From Shigella phage vB_SboM_Phaginator: a DNA stretch of 64,000 nucleotides. Shown piece by piece: positions 11,103 through 21,239 of the stretch; within the stretch, counting starts at the first letter, position 1; each line of letters begins with the position of its first letter. Made by a program: the position numbers and the translations under genes. A model generated the notes under the pieces. The model had not been told where the DNA came from. It saw nothing but the letters and a program-made list of their open reading frames with translations, and did no database searches. The DNA is taken from the sequence record OL615012, one strand, 5' to 3'.

Positions 11103-12521
11103 TTATGGATAGGTATAGATGATACCAGTTTCTAAAGCAGTTTTGTGAATGATGTATCCATTACGCGATTCTTGAACATCAACTTCTGGATAATCTTTCA
11201 TCATTTTCTGAAGAGTGTAACGATGCAAGTAGTATTTACTATCTGGATCTTCAGTTTTCCAATCTTTACCTTCTTCAGTCATTTTTTGTATTTCATCCAT
11301 AACCCACCAACCGCACCAGATGTAAGCTGAAGTACGATGTGGAAGAGGATGAACATAAGGTAATTCACCTTCTGGTTCCGGAGCAACTTTATCAGTCACT
11401 TGAACTTGACCTTCTGCTGTAATAGTTTTGCTATCATAATCAGTAGCAGTAACAATTGCCGTAACTTCAATAGTTTGACTTCCAATAGATGAGGTATCAA
11501 CGGTATATACATTAGTTGACCCTTCTACAGGAGAAGAATCTTTCTTCCATGAATAAGCAATTTGTGCTTCTTCTGGTGCATCAGTGACATTAGCAGTAAA
11601 TGTGGCCGAAGCATCTTGCTGAACATTAATAGAAGGAGGAGTCAATGTAACCTGTGGATTCATTGTCTTCTTATTAACTGTTAATGATACTTCATTAGAA
11701 GTAACTTCCTTTTCATTGTAATTTTCAGCAGTTACTTGAGCTACACATTTAATTCTTTTTACTCCACTTGTAGTTGGAGTATAGCTAAATGTAGAGTTAG
11801 TTTCTCCACCAACTTGTGAATCATCTACATACCACTGATACGTAGCAGATGCTCCATCAGGTTGAGAAGCTAAGGCAGCAGTAAATTGAACTGGGGTTCC
11901 AATTACTCCAGCTGAAGGACTATCGGGAGTTACTGCCAAAGTAGTTGTCTGCGTCTTTTTATTAACAGTCAGTGATACTTCATTAGAAGTAACGCTCAGT
12001 GCATCATAATTTGTCGCGGTTACTTGAGCTATGCACTTGATTTTTTTAACTCCGCTTGTGTCAGGAGTGTAATTGAATGTAGCGCTAGTCGCTTCGCTCA
12101 CAGGAGAATCGTCAACGTACCATTGATACGTAGCGTTTGCGCCCGATGGCTGCGAAGCTAAAGCGGCAGTAAATTCAACAGCTGTTCCGATTACTCCAGC
12201 GTCAGGGTTATTAGGAGTTACAGCTAAGGTAGTCGTTTGTGTCTTATTTTGAACTGTGATAGTTGTTGTCGCTTCAGCCGTTTCCGGGCCTCCTTCAGAA
12301 AGTGTATTTGTTGCAACTACTTTAATAGTCTTTTGACCGGCAGGTCCTTTTAGTACATAACTAAAAGTTGCTTCAGCTCCATCTTGTGGAACATCATCTA
12401 CAGTCCAAGCATAGGTAATAGTTCCACCTCCAGTTTCACCACTGGGTGTAGCAGTAAACTGCTGAGTCTGATCTATAACTCCAGTAGGTGTTTTAGGAGT
12501 TATATCAACTGTAAAAGCCAT
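11103..12521 (-). CDS. hoc: Head outer capsid protein Hoc, with four tandem Ig-like domains
   Basis: 472-aa ORF; N-terminus and C-terminal capsid-binding region match T4 Hoc (376 aa) as recalled; contains an internal 96-aa tandem repeat. Confidence 0.9.
   Translation of the reverse strand: MAFTVDITPKTPTGVIDQTQQFTATPSGETGGGTITYAWTVDDVPQDGAEATFSYVLKGPAGQKTIKVVATNTLSEGGPETAEATTTITVQNKTQTTTLAVTPNNPDAGVIGTAVEFTAALASQPSGANATYQWYVDDSPVSEATSATFNYTPDTSGVKKIKCIAQVTATNYDALSVTSNEVSLTVNKKTQTTTLAVTPDSPSAGVIGTPVQFTAALASQPDGASATYQWYVDDSQVGGETNSTFSYTPTTSGVKRIKCVAQVTAENYNEKEVTSNEVSLTVNKKTMNPQVTLTPPSINVQQDASATFTANVTDAPEEAQIAYSWKKDSSPVEGSTNVYTVDTSSIGSQTIEVTAIVTATDYDSKTITAEGQVQVTDKVAPEPEGELPYVHPLPHRTSAYIWCGWWVMDEIQKMTEEGKDWKTEDPDSKYYLHRYTLQKMMKDYPEVDVQESRNGYIIHKTALETGIIYTYP
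11670..12245 (-). repeat. Tandem in-frame duplication of a 288-bp Ig-like domain unit within hoc
   Basis: Two consecutive 96-aa units (KTQTTTLAVTP...SNEVSLTVNK) nearly identical at protein and DNA level. Confidence 0.85.
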
Positions 12522-12530
12522 AAGTTATCC

Positions 12531-13211
12531 TTATTTTAATGTTACGAAAGAAGAATTGCGTGTTTCACGAATTAAAACTGATCCGTCACGGTTAATGTAA
12601 TAAATTAAGCTAAATAAAGTTTGGTGTGCAGAAGCATGCTCAAAACTAGTTGGGTGAGATTTCCAATCAGGAGTTTCAGCAATCCATTGATAAATCCACC
12701 AAGGAACGGTACAAAATCCTGGATTTTTTCCTAATAGTTGAAGATTTGGACTAAAGTTTTCCGGAAGAGTAAATACAGACGGCTTTTCAGATTCAATAAT
12801 CTCAGCTACAGCCTGTTCGAATTTTTCTTCAACAAAAGGAGTATCTTCAATCAAAACTGAGGTATTTTCAGGAATTTTATCAGTTTCTACTACTTCAATT
12901 TTAATGTCAGATTTAACCGGAGAATCAATCAGAAGTGCTGCTTCTGGATTGACTTCTTCATCGTCATATTTTAACCCCTCTGCAGCATCAGCAGCATTGA
13001 TTAAGTCTTTAATAGATAACCCATCAGTCTCTGGCATAGGTTCACTAGCGAGCTTCTGGAGGGCTTCTTCAATATCAACAACGATATTATCAAAAGATTT
13101 ATTCTTTTTGACCTTTATACCAAACTGTTCAGCATATTCAGCTAATTTAGCTTTAGCTTCTTTGTTATCATCAAGAGCCTTCAGCTCTGCAATATAATCT
13201 TTATCTATCAT
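12531..13211 (-). CDS. inh: Inh, inhibitor of prohead protease (hoc.1)
   Basis: 226-aa ORF immediately downstream of hoc on same strand, as in T4. Confidence 0.75.
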   Translation of the reverse strand: MIDKDYIAELKALDDNKEAKAKLAEYAEQFGIKVKKNKSFDNIVVDIEEALQKLASEPMPETDGLSIKDLINAADAAEGLKYDDEEVNPEAALLIDSPVKSDIKIEVVETDKIPENTSVLIEDTPFVEEKFEQAVAEIIESEKPSVFTLPENFSPNLQLLGKNPGFCTVPWWIYQWIAETPDWKSHPTSFEHASAHQTLFSLIYYINRDGSVLIRETRNSSFVTLK

Positions 13212-13224
13212 AATATTTCCTCAG

Positions 13225-13232
13225 TATAAATA
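13225..13232 (+). promoter_or_regulatory. Late promoter TATAAATA for uvsW
   Basis: Exact motif 30 bp upstream of uvsW ATG. Confidence 0.65.
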
Positions 13233-13261
13233 TAGATATATTTATTACATGGTATTTAGAC

Positions 13262-14773
13262 ATGACTGACATTAAAGTACATTTTTATGATTTTAGTCAC
13301 GTGAGAATTGATTGTGAAGAAAGTACATTTCATGAACTCCGTGATTTCTTTAGCTTTGAAGCTGATGGGTATCGTTTTAATCCGAAGTACAGATATGGCC
13401 ACTGGGATGGACGAATCCGTCTGTTAGATTATAATCGTCTTCTTCCATTCGGCTTAGTCGGGCAAATTAAAAAGTTCTGTGATAACTTTGGCTATAAAGC
13501 CTGGATTGACCCACAAATTAACGAAAAAGAAGAATTATCAAGAAAAGATTTTGATGAATGGCTTTCTAAATTAGAAATCTATTCAGGAAATAAAAGAATT
13601 GAACCGCACTGGTATCAAAAAGATGCAGTGTTCGAAGGATTAGTTAATCGTCGTAGAATTCTTAATCTTCCAACATCCGCTGGTAAATCGTTAATTCAAG
13701 CTTTGCTTGCGCGATATTATTTGGAAAATTATGAAGGTAAAATTCTTATCATTGTTCCAACAACTGCTCTAACAACTCAGATGGCTGATGACTTCGTTGA
13801 CTATCGTTTATTCAGTCATGCAATGATAAAGAAAATTGGTGGCGGAGCATCAAAAGATGATAAATATAAAAATGATGCACCAGTCGTTGTTGGTACATGG
13901 CAAACTGTAGTAAAACAACCAAAAGAATGGTTCTCACAGTTTGGAATGATGATGAATGATGAATGTCATCTTGCTACAGGAAAAAGTATTTCATCTATCA
14001 TATCAGGTTTAAATAACTGCATGTTTAAATTTGGTCTATCAGGTTCATTACGTGATGGCAAAGCTAATATCATGCAGTATGTTGGAATGTTTGGTGAAAT
14101 ATTTAAGCCAGTAACGACTTCTAAATTAATGGAAGATGGACAAGTAACTGAGCTAAAAATTAATAGTATTTTTCTTCGCTATCCAGATGAGTTCACTACT
14201 AAATTAAAGGGAAAAACTTACCAAGAAGAAATAAAAATTATTACTGGGCTCAGTAAAAGAAATAAATGGATCGCTAAATTAGCTATTAAGCTTGCGCAAA
14301 AAGATGAAAACGCTTTTGTCATGTTTAAACACGTATCGCACGGTAAAGCTATTTTCGATTTAATTAAAAATGAATACGATAAAGTTTATTACGTATCAGG
14401 GGAAGTTGATACCGAAACACGCAACGTAATGAAAACCTTAGCTGAAAACGGTAAAGGAATAATTATAGTAGCTAGTTATGGTGTATTTTCTACCGGTATT
14501 TCAGTTAAAAATCTGCATCACGTTGTTTTAGCACACGGTGTTAAATCTAAAATTATTGTATTGCAAACAATAGGTCGCGTATTACGTAAGCATGGTTCCA
14601 AAACAATCGCAACAGTCTGGGACCTCATAGATGATTGTGGTGTTAAGCCAAAATCTGCTAATACGAAAAAGAAATACGTTCATTTGAACTATCTTTTAAA
14701 ACACGGCATTGATCGTATTCAGCGCTACGCAGATGAAAAATTTAATTACGTAATGAAAACAGTTAATTTATAA
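13262..14773 (+). CDS. uvsW: UvsW DNA/RNA helicase (SF2)
   Basis: 503-aa ORF with helicase Walker A (PTSAGKS) and DECH box; T4 UvsW. Confidence 0.93.
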   Translation: MTDIKVHFYDFSHVRIDCEESTFHELRDFFSFEADGYRFNPKYRYGHWDGRIRLLDYNRLLPFGLVGQIKKFCDNFGYKAWIDPQINEKEELSRKDFDEWLSKLEIYSGNKRIEPHWYQKDAVFEGLVNRRRILNLPTSAGKSLIQALLARYYLENYEGKILIIVPTTALTTQMADDFVDYRLFSHAMIKKIGGGASKDDKYKNDAPVVVGTWQTVVKQPKEWFSQFGMMMNDECHLATGKSISSIISGLNNCMFKFGLSGSLRDGKANIMQYVGMFGEIFKPVTTSKLMEDGQVTELKINSIFLRYPDEFTTKLKGKTYQEEIKIITGLSKRNKWIAKLAIKLAQKDENAFVMFKHVSHGKAIFDLIKNEYDKVYYVSGEVDTETRNVMKTLAENGKGIIIVASYGVFSTGISVKNLHHVVLAHGVKSKIIVLQTIGRVLRKHGSKTIATVWDLIDDCGVKPKSANTKKKYVHLNYLLKHGIDRIQRYADEKFNYVMKTVNL

Positions 14774-14785
14774 GGGCTTCGGCCC
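14774..14785 (+). terminator. UUCG-tetraloop hairpin between uvsW and uvsW.1
   Basis: GGGC-UUCG-GCCC directly after uvsW stop, followed by GGAG ribosome-binding site of next ORF; weak U-tract. Confidence 0.4.
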
Positions 14786-14798
14786 TTTGGAGAAAAAG

Positions 14799-15029
14799 AT
14801 GTTACTAGAATTTAAACAATTTCTTTATGAAGCTTCTATTGATGAATTTATGGGTAAAATTGCCTCTTGTCAAACGATAGAAGGTCTAGAAGAACTTGAA
14901 GCTTATTATAAGAAAAGAGTTAAAGAAACTGAATTAAAAGATACTGATGACATCTCAGTCAGAGATGCTTTGGCAGGAAAAAGAGCTGAATTAGAAGATT
15001 CAGATGATGAAGTAGAAGAAAGCTTTTAA
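14799..15029 (+). CDS. uvsW.1: UvsW.1
   Basis: ORF track starts at TTG (14787); ATG at 14799 gives 76 aa, the size I recall for T4 UvsW.1. Confidence 0.75.
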   Translation: MLLEFKQFLYEASIDEFMGKIASCQTIEGLEELEAYYKKRVKETELKDTDDISVRDALAGKRAELEDSDDEVEESF

Positions 15030-15084
15030 ATTAAAAAAGGCCCAACCAAAAAGGAAGGGCCAAAACTATAGACTAAAGGTCACA

Positions 15085-15252
15085 CTATAGCAAAAGTTGT
15101 GTTTCATTTAATTGTTCTTCCGAACTTTCTGAAACTGGTAGTTCTTTAATGTAATTATAGCAAGGCCCAGGATGTACAGGACCTTTGTCTGTTTCAACAA
15201 CCAATGCAGAATCGATTGGAGTTTTACAGACAACACAAATCTTATCTGACAT
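15085..15252 (-). CDS. Small Cys-containing protein (55 aa; T4 uvsY.-2 position), missing from ORF track
   Basis: My translation: MSDKICVVCKTPIDSALVVETDKGPVHPGPCYNYIKELPVSESSEEQLNETQLLL; GAGGAG 6 nt upstream of ATG; fills an otherwise empty gap. Confidence 0.55.
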   Translation of the reverse strand: MSDKICVVCKTPIDSALVVETDKGPVHPGPCYNYIKELPVSESSEEQLNETQLLL

Positions 15253-15280
15253 GATTGTCTCCTCTGAATTATATATCTAT

Positions 15281-15505
15281 TTATACAACTCTCATATGCA
15301 TATCAATGCCCATATCTTTAGAATAAAAATATTCATCAAGATATCCGGCAAATTTTCCTTTAATATAAAGGACATCTTCACCACACGGGTGGTCGGCCAG
15401 GATACGAATATCCTGACGCTTAAGATTATACTTTTTCATTAAGAATTGAATTTCCGTTTCAAATTCTTCTTCATAATTAAAAGCATCATCAATGTTATAT
15501 CTCAT
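15281..15505 (-). CDS. Hypothetical protein (T4 uvsY.-1 position)
   Basis: 74-aa ORF with ATGA-type overlap with uvsY stop. Confidence 0.6.
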   Translation of the reverse strand: MRYNIDDAFNYEEEFETEIQFLMKKYNLKRQDIRILADHPCGEDVLYIKGKFAGYLDEYFYSKDMGIDMHMRVV

Positions 15506-15918
15506 TATTTTCCAGCCTCAAATGCTCGCATGTCTTGAATATGCTTAATAGCAAATCCGCGTGATTTAATAGCATCAAGAGCTCCGCTACAGAAATCTAA
15601 TAAAATCCCCCAATACTGTAACGAGGTATCAACCTTTAAAACATCCTTATCAGCTGATAGAACTGTCTTCATTTCTGATTTCTCGTAACGATCCATACTA
15701 AATTCATCACCATCTCCTCGTCCCGAGTAGTAGTCTAATTTAGCTTTAAGAGCAACTTTTTTCTGTGCATCAATTCTAAGCATTTCCTTTTTAATACTTG
15801 AATGCTTATTAAGCCATTTACTATATAACATCACATTATTAGCTGCTTCATACTGCAATTTAGTCGAATCTATAAACACATCTTTCTTCAATTCTTCTTG
15901 AAGATCTTCTAATCTCAT
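15505..15918 (-). CDS. uvsY: UvsY recombination mediator
   Basis: 137-aa ORF, T4 UvsY length and position. Confidence 0.9.
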   Translation of the reverse strand: MRLEDLQEELKKDVFIDSTKLQYEAANNVMLYSKWLNKHSSIKKEMLRIDAQKKVALKAKLDYYSGRGDGDEFSMDRYEKSEMKTVLSADKDVLKVDTSLQYWGILLDFCSGALDAIKSRGFAIKHIQDMRAFEAGK

Positions 15919-15984
15919 ATTGTTCTCTATTCAATTGTTATTGGATGGACTTAGATTCATTATACCACGTTTATACGTGAAGCA

Positions 15985-16383
15985 TTATACTCTATTACTG
16001 GAAGCCAGCTGCAGTTTTATCTGCTCAATATCATCAGGATTATCGATGACCGAAAAGCGTATTTCTACTATCAGAGTATAATCATCATAAACTGGTATCA
16101 CATTAACTGATAATTTATCAATACGTGGCTCATAGTTTCTTACTGCGCTTTCGATATTGCGCTCAACCGTGTCAGCAGTAAGAGGAGTCATATTTTCAAA
16201 AAGCTGGTCTGATAAATCACATCCAAATTCAGGGTCAAACGGTCTTGAACCTTTTCTTGTTGTAATAATTCCCAAAAGACTGTTTTTAATTGACCTTAAT
16301 CCAAGCGATCTGGAAACGTCTTTGTCCCAGTCCATTTTCATTTCTGGGTCGATGTCAGAATAAAGCTTATTAATATTTGCCAT
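15985..16383 (-). CDS. 25: Baseplate wedge protein gp25
   Basis: 132-aa ORF, T4 gp25 length; TAATG overlap with gene 26. Confidence 0.93.
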   Translation of the reverse strand: MANINKLYSDIDPEMKMDWDKDVSRSLGLRSIKNSLLGIITTRKGSRPFDPEFGCDLSDQLFENMTPLTADTVERNIESAVRNYEPRIDKLSVNVIPVYDDYTLIVEIRFSVIDNPDDIEQIKLQLASSNRV

Positions 16384-17009
16384 TATAGTAACTCAAAGAA
16401 CTCTTTGAGGCCTCTTATTACATGAGCATGGGTTTTTCCACACTCTGGACATTTAATTGGAACAGCCAAATAAACGGTAGGCTTTAAAAGCATATCTTTT
16501 ATAGCTACAATATCTGACTCTGTGATGATAGAATATAAATCTTCTAGTTCCTTTTCATTTAAGTCTTCAACTGGAATGCTTTCCCCGTTAGCATGAATCG
16601 TTTCTATGCATGATACTATCATGTGGGCTATATTTTTATCATCAAAAATTTTAGGGTATCGGAATTTAATTTTAATGTCACCCAGTGTATACCAGAGGTC
16701 TTCTGGTGCATCTATTTGTGTATGTAATAGATTTATATGGGTTGGTATTTCAGTTCCACAGGTGCACTTCCAGGAGTTTTCGTGATTAACTTCACCGAGA
16801 GAATGTGCCCATAAATGAATCAACAATAGTTCTGATTCTTGGCGGTTTAAATCTTTTGCATTTGTGCAGTCTTTGATTATCTTTTTAACAATTACTTCTA
16901 CGGAACCATTATTTTTGGCAGTAATAAGTTCTAGATATTCTTTAAGCGTGAATGCGCGACAATTGATTATTTTAGAACCAACTCGCACATCAAATTTGTA
17001 TTCATACAT
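16383..17009 (-). CDS. 26: Baseplate hub protein gp26
   Basis: 208-aa ORF at T4 gene 26 position, divergent from gene 51. Confidence 0.88.
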   Translation of the reverse strand: MYEYKFDVRVGSKIINCRAFTLKEYLELITAKNNGSVEVIVKKIIKDCTNAKDLNRQESELLLIHLWAHSLGEVNHENSWKCTCGTEIPTHINLLHTQIDAPEDLWYTLGDIKIKFRYPKIFDDKNIAHMIVSCIETIHANGESIPVEDLNEKELEDLYSIITESDIVAIKDMLLKPTVYLAVPIKCPECGKTHAHVIRGLKEFFELL

Positions 17010-17030
17010 ATTTAGCTCCTTTATTTATCA

Positions 17031-17038
17031 TATTTATA
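17031..17038 (-). promoter_or_regulatory. Late promoter (TATAAATA on minus strand) for genes 26-25
   Basis: Minus-strand TATAAATA 22 bp upstream of gene 26 ATG; part of palindromic TATTTATAAATA. Confidence 0.6.
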
Positions 17039-17042
17039 AATA
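17035..17042 (+). promoter_or_regulatory. Late promoter TATAAATA for gene 51
   Basis: Plus-strand TATAAATA 18 bp upstream of gene 51 ATG. Confidence 0.6.
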
Positions 17043-17059
17043 GAATAAAAGGAGCATCT

Positions 17060-17812
17060 ATGGCAAACATTATTCGTTGTAAATTACCAGATGGTGTTCA
17101 TCGTTTTAAACCATTTACGGTAGAAGATTATCGAGATTTTTTGTTAGTTCGAAACGATATAGAACATCGGTCACCACAAGAACAAAAAGAAGTAATTGCT
17201 GATTTAATTGCTGATTATTTTGGAGACTATCCAAAGACTTGGCAACCATTTATATTTTTGCAGGTATTTGTAGGGTCAATAGGTAAAACTAAAGTACCAG
17301 TCACATTTGTATGTCCAAAATGTAAAAAAGAAAAGACAGTTCCATTTGAAATATATCAAAAAGAATTAAAGGAACCTGTTTTTGATGTAGCTAATGTTAA
17401 AATTAAATTAAAGTTTCCTTCTGAGTTTTATGAAAATAAAGCAAAGATGATTACTGAAAATATTCATTCCGTCCAAGTAGATGAAATTTGGTATGATTGG
17501 AAGGAAATTAGTGAATCAAGTCAAATAGAACTTGTTGATGCTATCGAGATAGAAACATTAGAAAAAATTCTCGATTCAATGAATCCTATTAATTTAACAT
17601 TGCATATGTCATGCTGTAATAAGTATGTAAAAAAATACACTGATATAGTAGATGTGTTTAAGCTATTAGTTAACCCAGATGAAATATTTACTTTTTATCA
17701 AATCAATCACACGCTCGTAAAAAGTAATTATAGCTTAAATTCAATAATGAAAATGATTCCTGCCGAGCGCGGATTCGTATTAAAACTGATTGAGAAGGAT
17801 AAACATCAATGA
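17060..17812 (+). CDS. 51: Baseplate hub assembly catalyst gp51
   Basis: 250-aa ORF at T4 gene 51 position. Confidence 0.88.
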   Translation: MANIIRCKLPDGVHRFKPFTVEDYRDFLLVRNDIEHRSPQEQKEVIADLIADYFGDYPKTWQPFIFLQVFVGSIGKTKVPVTFVCPKCKKEKTVPFEIYQKELKEPVFDVANVKIKLKFPSEFYENKAKMITENIHSVQVDEIWYDWKEISESSQIELVDAIEIETLEKILDSMNPINLTLHMSCCNKYVKKYTDIVDVFKLLVNPDEIFTFYQINHTLVKSNYSLNSIMKMIPAERGFVLKLIEKDKHQ

Positions 17813-18984
17813 GTATGTTACAACGCCCTGGATATCCAAATCTCAGCGTTAAATTATTTGATAGCTACGACGCTTGGAGTAATAATAGATTTGTTGAATT
17901 AGCTGCTACTATTACCACATTAACTATGCGGGATTCTCTTTATGGACGAAATGAAGGAATGCTGCAGTTTTATGATTCTAAAAATATCCACACAAAAATG
18001 GATGGAAATGAAATAATTCAAATTTCTGTAGCTAATGCAAACGATATTAATAATGTTAAAACACGAATTTATGGATGTAAGCATTTTTCCGTGTCAGTAG
18101 ATTCAAAAGGCGATAACATTATTGCTATTGAATTGGGAACTATTCATTCTATAGAAAATCTTAAATTTGGTAGACCATTTTTCCCTGATGCAGGTGAATC
18201 TATAAAAGAAATGCTTGGTGTCATTTATCAGGACCGCACATTATTAACTCCAGCAATAAATGCTATAAATGCTTATGTTCCTGATATTCCATGGACTAGC
18301 ACATTTGAAAACTATTTGTCATATGTCAGAGAAGTTGCTCTAGCTGTAGGAAGTGACAAATTTGTATTTGTGTGGCAAGACATCATGGGAGTTAACATGA
18401 TGGACTATGATATGATGATAAATCAAGAACCATATCCAATGATTGTCGGTGAGCCATCTTTAATAGGTCAATTCATTCAAGAATTAAAATATCCATTAGC
18501 ATATGATTTTGTTTGGTTGACTAAATCGAATCCTCACAAACGTGACCCAATGAAAAATGCTACTATCTATGCGCATTCATTTTTAGATTCTTCATTACCG
18601 ATGATTACTACAGGAAAGGGTGAAAACTCTATTGTAGTGTCAAGGTCAGGTGCTTATTCTGAAATGACTTATAGGAATGGATATGAAGAAGCTATTCGTC
18701 TTCAAACTATGGCGCAATATGACGGATATGCTAAATGTTCTACTGTCGGTAATTTTAACTTGACTCCTGGTGTTAAAATTATTTTTAATGATAGTAAAAA
18801 CCAATTTAAAACAGAATTTTACGTTGATGAAGTTATCCATGAATTATCCAATAATAACTCAGTAACACATCTATATATGTTCACTAATGCAACGAAACTG
18901 GAAACAATAGACCCAGTTAAGGTTAAAAATGAATTTAAATCTGATACTACCACTGAAGAAAGTAGTTCTTCCAATAAGCAATAA
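17809..18984 (+). CDS. 27: Baseplate hub protein gp27
   Basis: 391-aa ORF, T4 gp27 length. Confidence 0.93.
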   Translation: MSMLQRPGYPNLSVKLFDSYDAWSNNRFVELAATITTLTMRDSLYGRNEGMLQFYDSKNIHTKMDGNEIIQISVANANDINNVKTRIYGCKHFSVSVDSKGDNIIAIELGTIHSIENLKFGRPFFPDAGESIKEMLGVIYQDRTLLTPAINAINAYVPDIPWTSTFENYLSYVREVALAVGSDKFVFVWQDIMGVNMMDYDMMINQEPYPMIVGEPSLIGQFIQELKYPLAYDFVWLTKSNPHKRDPMKNATIYAHSFLDSSLPMITTGKGENSIVVSRSGAYSEMTYRNGYEEAIRLQTMAQYDGYAKCSTVGNFNLTPGVKIIFNDSKNQFKTEFYVDEVIHELSNNNSVTHLYMFTNATKLETIDPVKVKNEFKSDTTTEESSSSNKQ

Positions 18985-19462
18985 AGAAGTTTCTATTCCT
19001 AAAATGGGTCTTAAACATTATAATATTTTAAAAGATGTTAAAGGTCCTGATGAAAATTTAAAACTTCTTATTGATTCTATTTGTCCGAATTTATCACCGG
19101 CAGAAGTTGATTTCGTTTCTATTCATTTATTGGAATTTAATGGAAAGATTAAATCTCGTAAAGAAATAGATGGCTATACTTATGACATAAATGATGTTTA
19201 TGTATGCCAAAGATTAGAGTTTCAATACCAAGGAAATACATTTTATTTTAGACCTCCTGGAAAATTTGAACAATTTTTAACTGTAAGCGATATGTTATCC
19301 AAATGCTTGCTTAAGGTCAATGATGAAGTTAAAGAAATTAATTTTCTTGAGATGCCAGCATTCGTTTTAAAATGGGCAAATGATATTTTTACAACTTTAG
19401 CAATTCCTGGCCCTAATGGTCCAATAACCGGAATTGGCAATATTATTGGATTATTTGAATGA
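18929..19462 (+). CDS. 28: Baseplate hub distal subunit gp28
   Basis: 177-aa ORF overlapping gene 27 end; true start may be internal. Confidence 0.85.
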   Translation: MNLNLILPLKKVVLPISNKEVSIPKMGLKHYNILKDVKGPDENLKLLIDSICPNLSPAEVDFVSIHLLEFNGKIKSRKEIDGYTYDINDVYVCQRLEFQYQGNTFYFRPPGKFEQFLTVSDMLSKCLLKVNDEVKEINFLEMPAFVLKWANDIFTTLAIPGPNGPITGIGNIIGLFE

Positions 19463-21231
19463 AAAAGCCACAAGAAATGCAAACGATGCGTAGAAAAGTT
19501 ATTTCAGATAATAAACCAACACAGGAAGCGGCTAAATCCGCTTCTAACACTTTATCTGGACTTAACGATATATCTACGAAATTGGATGATGCTCAAGCTG
19601 CCTCTGAATTAATAGCTCAAACTGTCGAAGAAAAATCGAATGAAATAGTTGGAGCAATTGACAACGTAGAAAGCGCAGTGAGTGATACTACCGCAGGTTC
19701 TGAGTTAATTGCTGAAACTGTTGAAATTGGCAACAATATTAATAAAGAAATCGGTGAATCACTCGGAAGCAAATTAGATAAATTAACGAGTTTATTAGAA
19801 CAAAAAATTCAGACAGCTGGAATTCAACAAACAGGAACCAGTTTAGCTACGGTTGAAAGTGCTATTCCTGTTAAAGTTGTTGAGGATGATACAGCTGAAT
19901 CTGTGGGTCCTTTATTACCGGCTCCTGAAGCAGTTAATAATGATCCTGATGCTGATTTTTTCCCTACCCCTCAGCCAGTTGAACCCAAACAAGAATCACC
20001 AGAAGAAAAACAGAAAAAAGACGCATTTAACTTAAAATTATCTCAAGCTTTAGATAAATTAACAAAGACAGTTGATTTTGGATTTAAGAAATCCATTTCA
20101 ATTACTGATAAAATATCAAGCATGCTATTTAAGTATACTGTCAGTGCTGCTATTGAAGCTGCTAAAATGACTGCAATGATATTGGCTGTTGTTGTTGGAA
20201 TAGACCTGTTGATGGTTCATTTTAAATACTGGTCAGATAAATTTTCAAAAGCCTGGGATTTATTTAATACTGACTTTACTAAATTCTCTAGCGAAACCGG
20301 AACATGGGGTCCTTTATTACAGAGCATCTTTGATTCTATTGATAAAATTAAACAACTTTGGGAAGCGGGAGATTGGGGTGGATTGACAGCAGCTATTGTT
20401 GAAGGACTCGGAAGTGTTCTTTTTAATTTAGGTGAACTTATTCAATTAGGTATGGCTAAATTATCTGCAGCAATTCTTCGAGTCATTCCTGGTATGAAGG
20501 ATACTGCTGATGAAGTAGAAGGAAGAGCATTAGAAAATTTCCAAAATTCTACTGGAGCATCTCTCAATAAAGAAGACCAGGAAAAAGTTGCAAATTATCA
20601 AGATAAACGAATGAATGGAGACCTTGGTCCGATAGCAAAAGGATTAGATAAAATTGCTAATTGGAAAACTCGTGCATCTAATTGGATTCGTGGGGTTGAT
20701 AATAAAGAAGCACTAACTACCGACGAAGAACGCGCAGCAGAAGAAGAAAAATTAAAGCAACTTTCACCTGAAGAAAGAAAAAATGCTTTAATGAAGGCTA
20801 ATGAAGCCCGTGCCGCAATGATTCGCTTTGAAAAATATGCTGATTCAGCTGATATGAGTAAAGACTCAACGGTTAAATCAGTTGAAGCTGCCTATGAAGA
20901 CCTTAAAAAACGGATGGATGACCCGGATTTAAATAATTCACCGGCAGTTAAAAAAGAACTTGCTGCTAGATTTTCTAAAATTGATGCTACTTATCAAGAG
21001 CTCAAGAAAAATCAGCCTAATGCCAAACCTGAAACTTCTGCTAAATCGCCAGAAGCAAAACAAGTCCAGGTAATAGAAAAGAACAAAGCACAGCAAGCTC
21101 CTGTTCAACAAGCATCTCCTTCAATCAATAATACTAATAATGTTATTAAGAAAAATACTGTCGTTCATAATATGACACCTGTCACAAGCACAACTGCTCC
21201 TGGTGTATTTGATGCGACTGGAGTTAATTAA
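19459..21231 (+). CDS. 29: Tail length determinant / baseplate hub gp29
   Basis: 590-aa ORF, T4 gp29 length. Confidence 0.92.
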   Translation: MKKPQEMQTMRRKVISDNKPTQEAAKSASNTLSGLNDISTKLDDAQAASELIAQTVEEKSNEIVGAIDNVESAVSDTTAGSELIAETVEIGNNINKEIGESLGSKLDKLTSLLEQKIQTAGIQQTGTSLATVESAIPVKVVEDDTAESVGPLLPAPEAVNNDPDADFFPTPQPVEPKQESPEEKQKKDAFNLKLSQALDKLTKTVDFGFKKSISITDKISSMLFKYTVSAAIEAAKMTAMILAVVVGIDLLMVHFKYWSDKFSKAWDLFNTDFTKFSSETGTWGPLLQSIFDSIDKIKQLWEAGDWGGLTAAIVEGLGSVLFNLGELIQLGMAKLSAAILRVIPGMKDTADEVEGRALENFQNSTGASLNKEDQEKVANYQDKRMNGDLGPIAKGLDKIANWKTRASNWIRGVDNKEALTTDEERAAEEEKLKQLSPEERKNALMKANEARAAMIRFEKYADSADMSKDSTVKSVEAAYEDLKKRMDDPDLNNSPAVKKELAARFSKIDATYQELKKNQPNAKPETSAKSPEAKQVQVIEKNKAQQAPVQQASPSINNTNNVIKKNTVVHNMTPVTSTTAPGVFDATGVN

Positions 21232-21239
21232 GGAATAAT

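Noticed and set aside
15185-15442. 85-aa plus-strand ORF in the uvsW.1-uvsY interval
   Set aside because: Overlaps two minus-strand ORFs that have good ribosome-binding sites and T4 positional equivalents; low-complexity Ile/Phe-rich product, no start context
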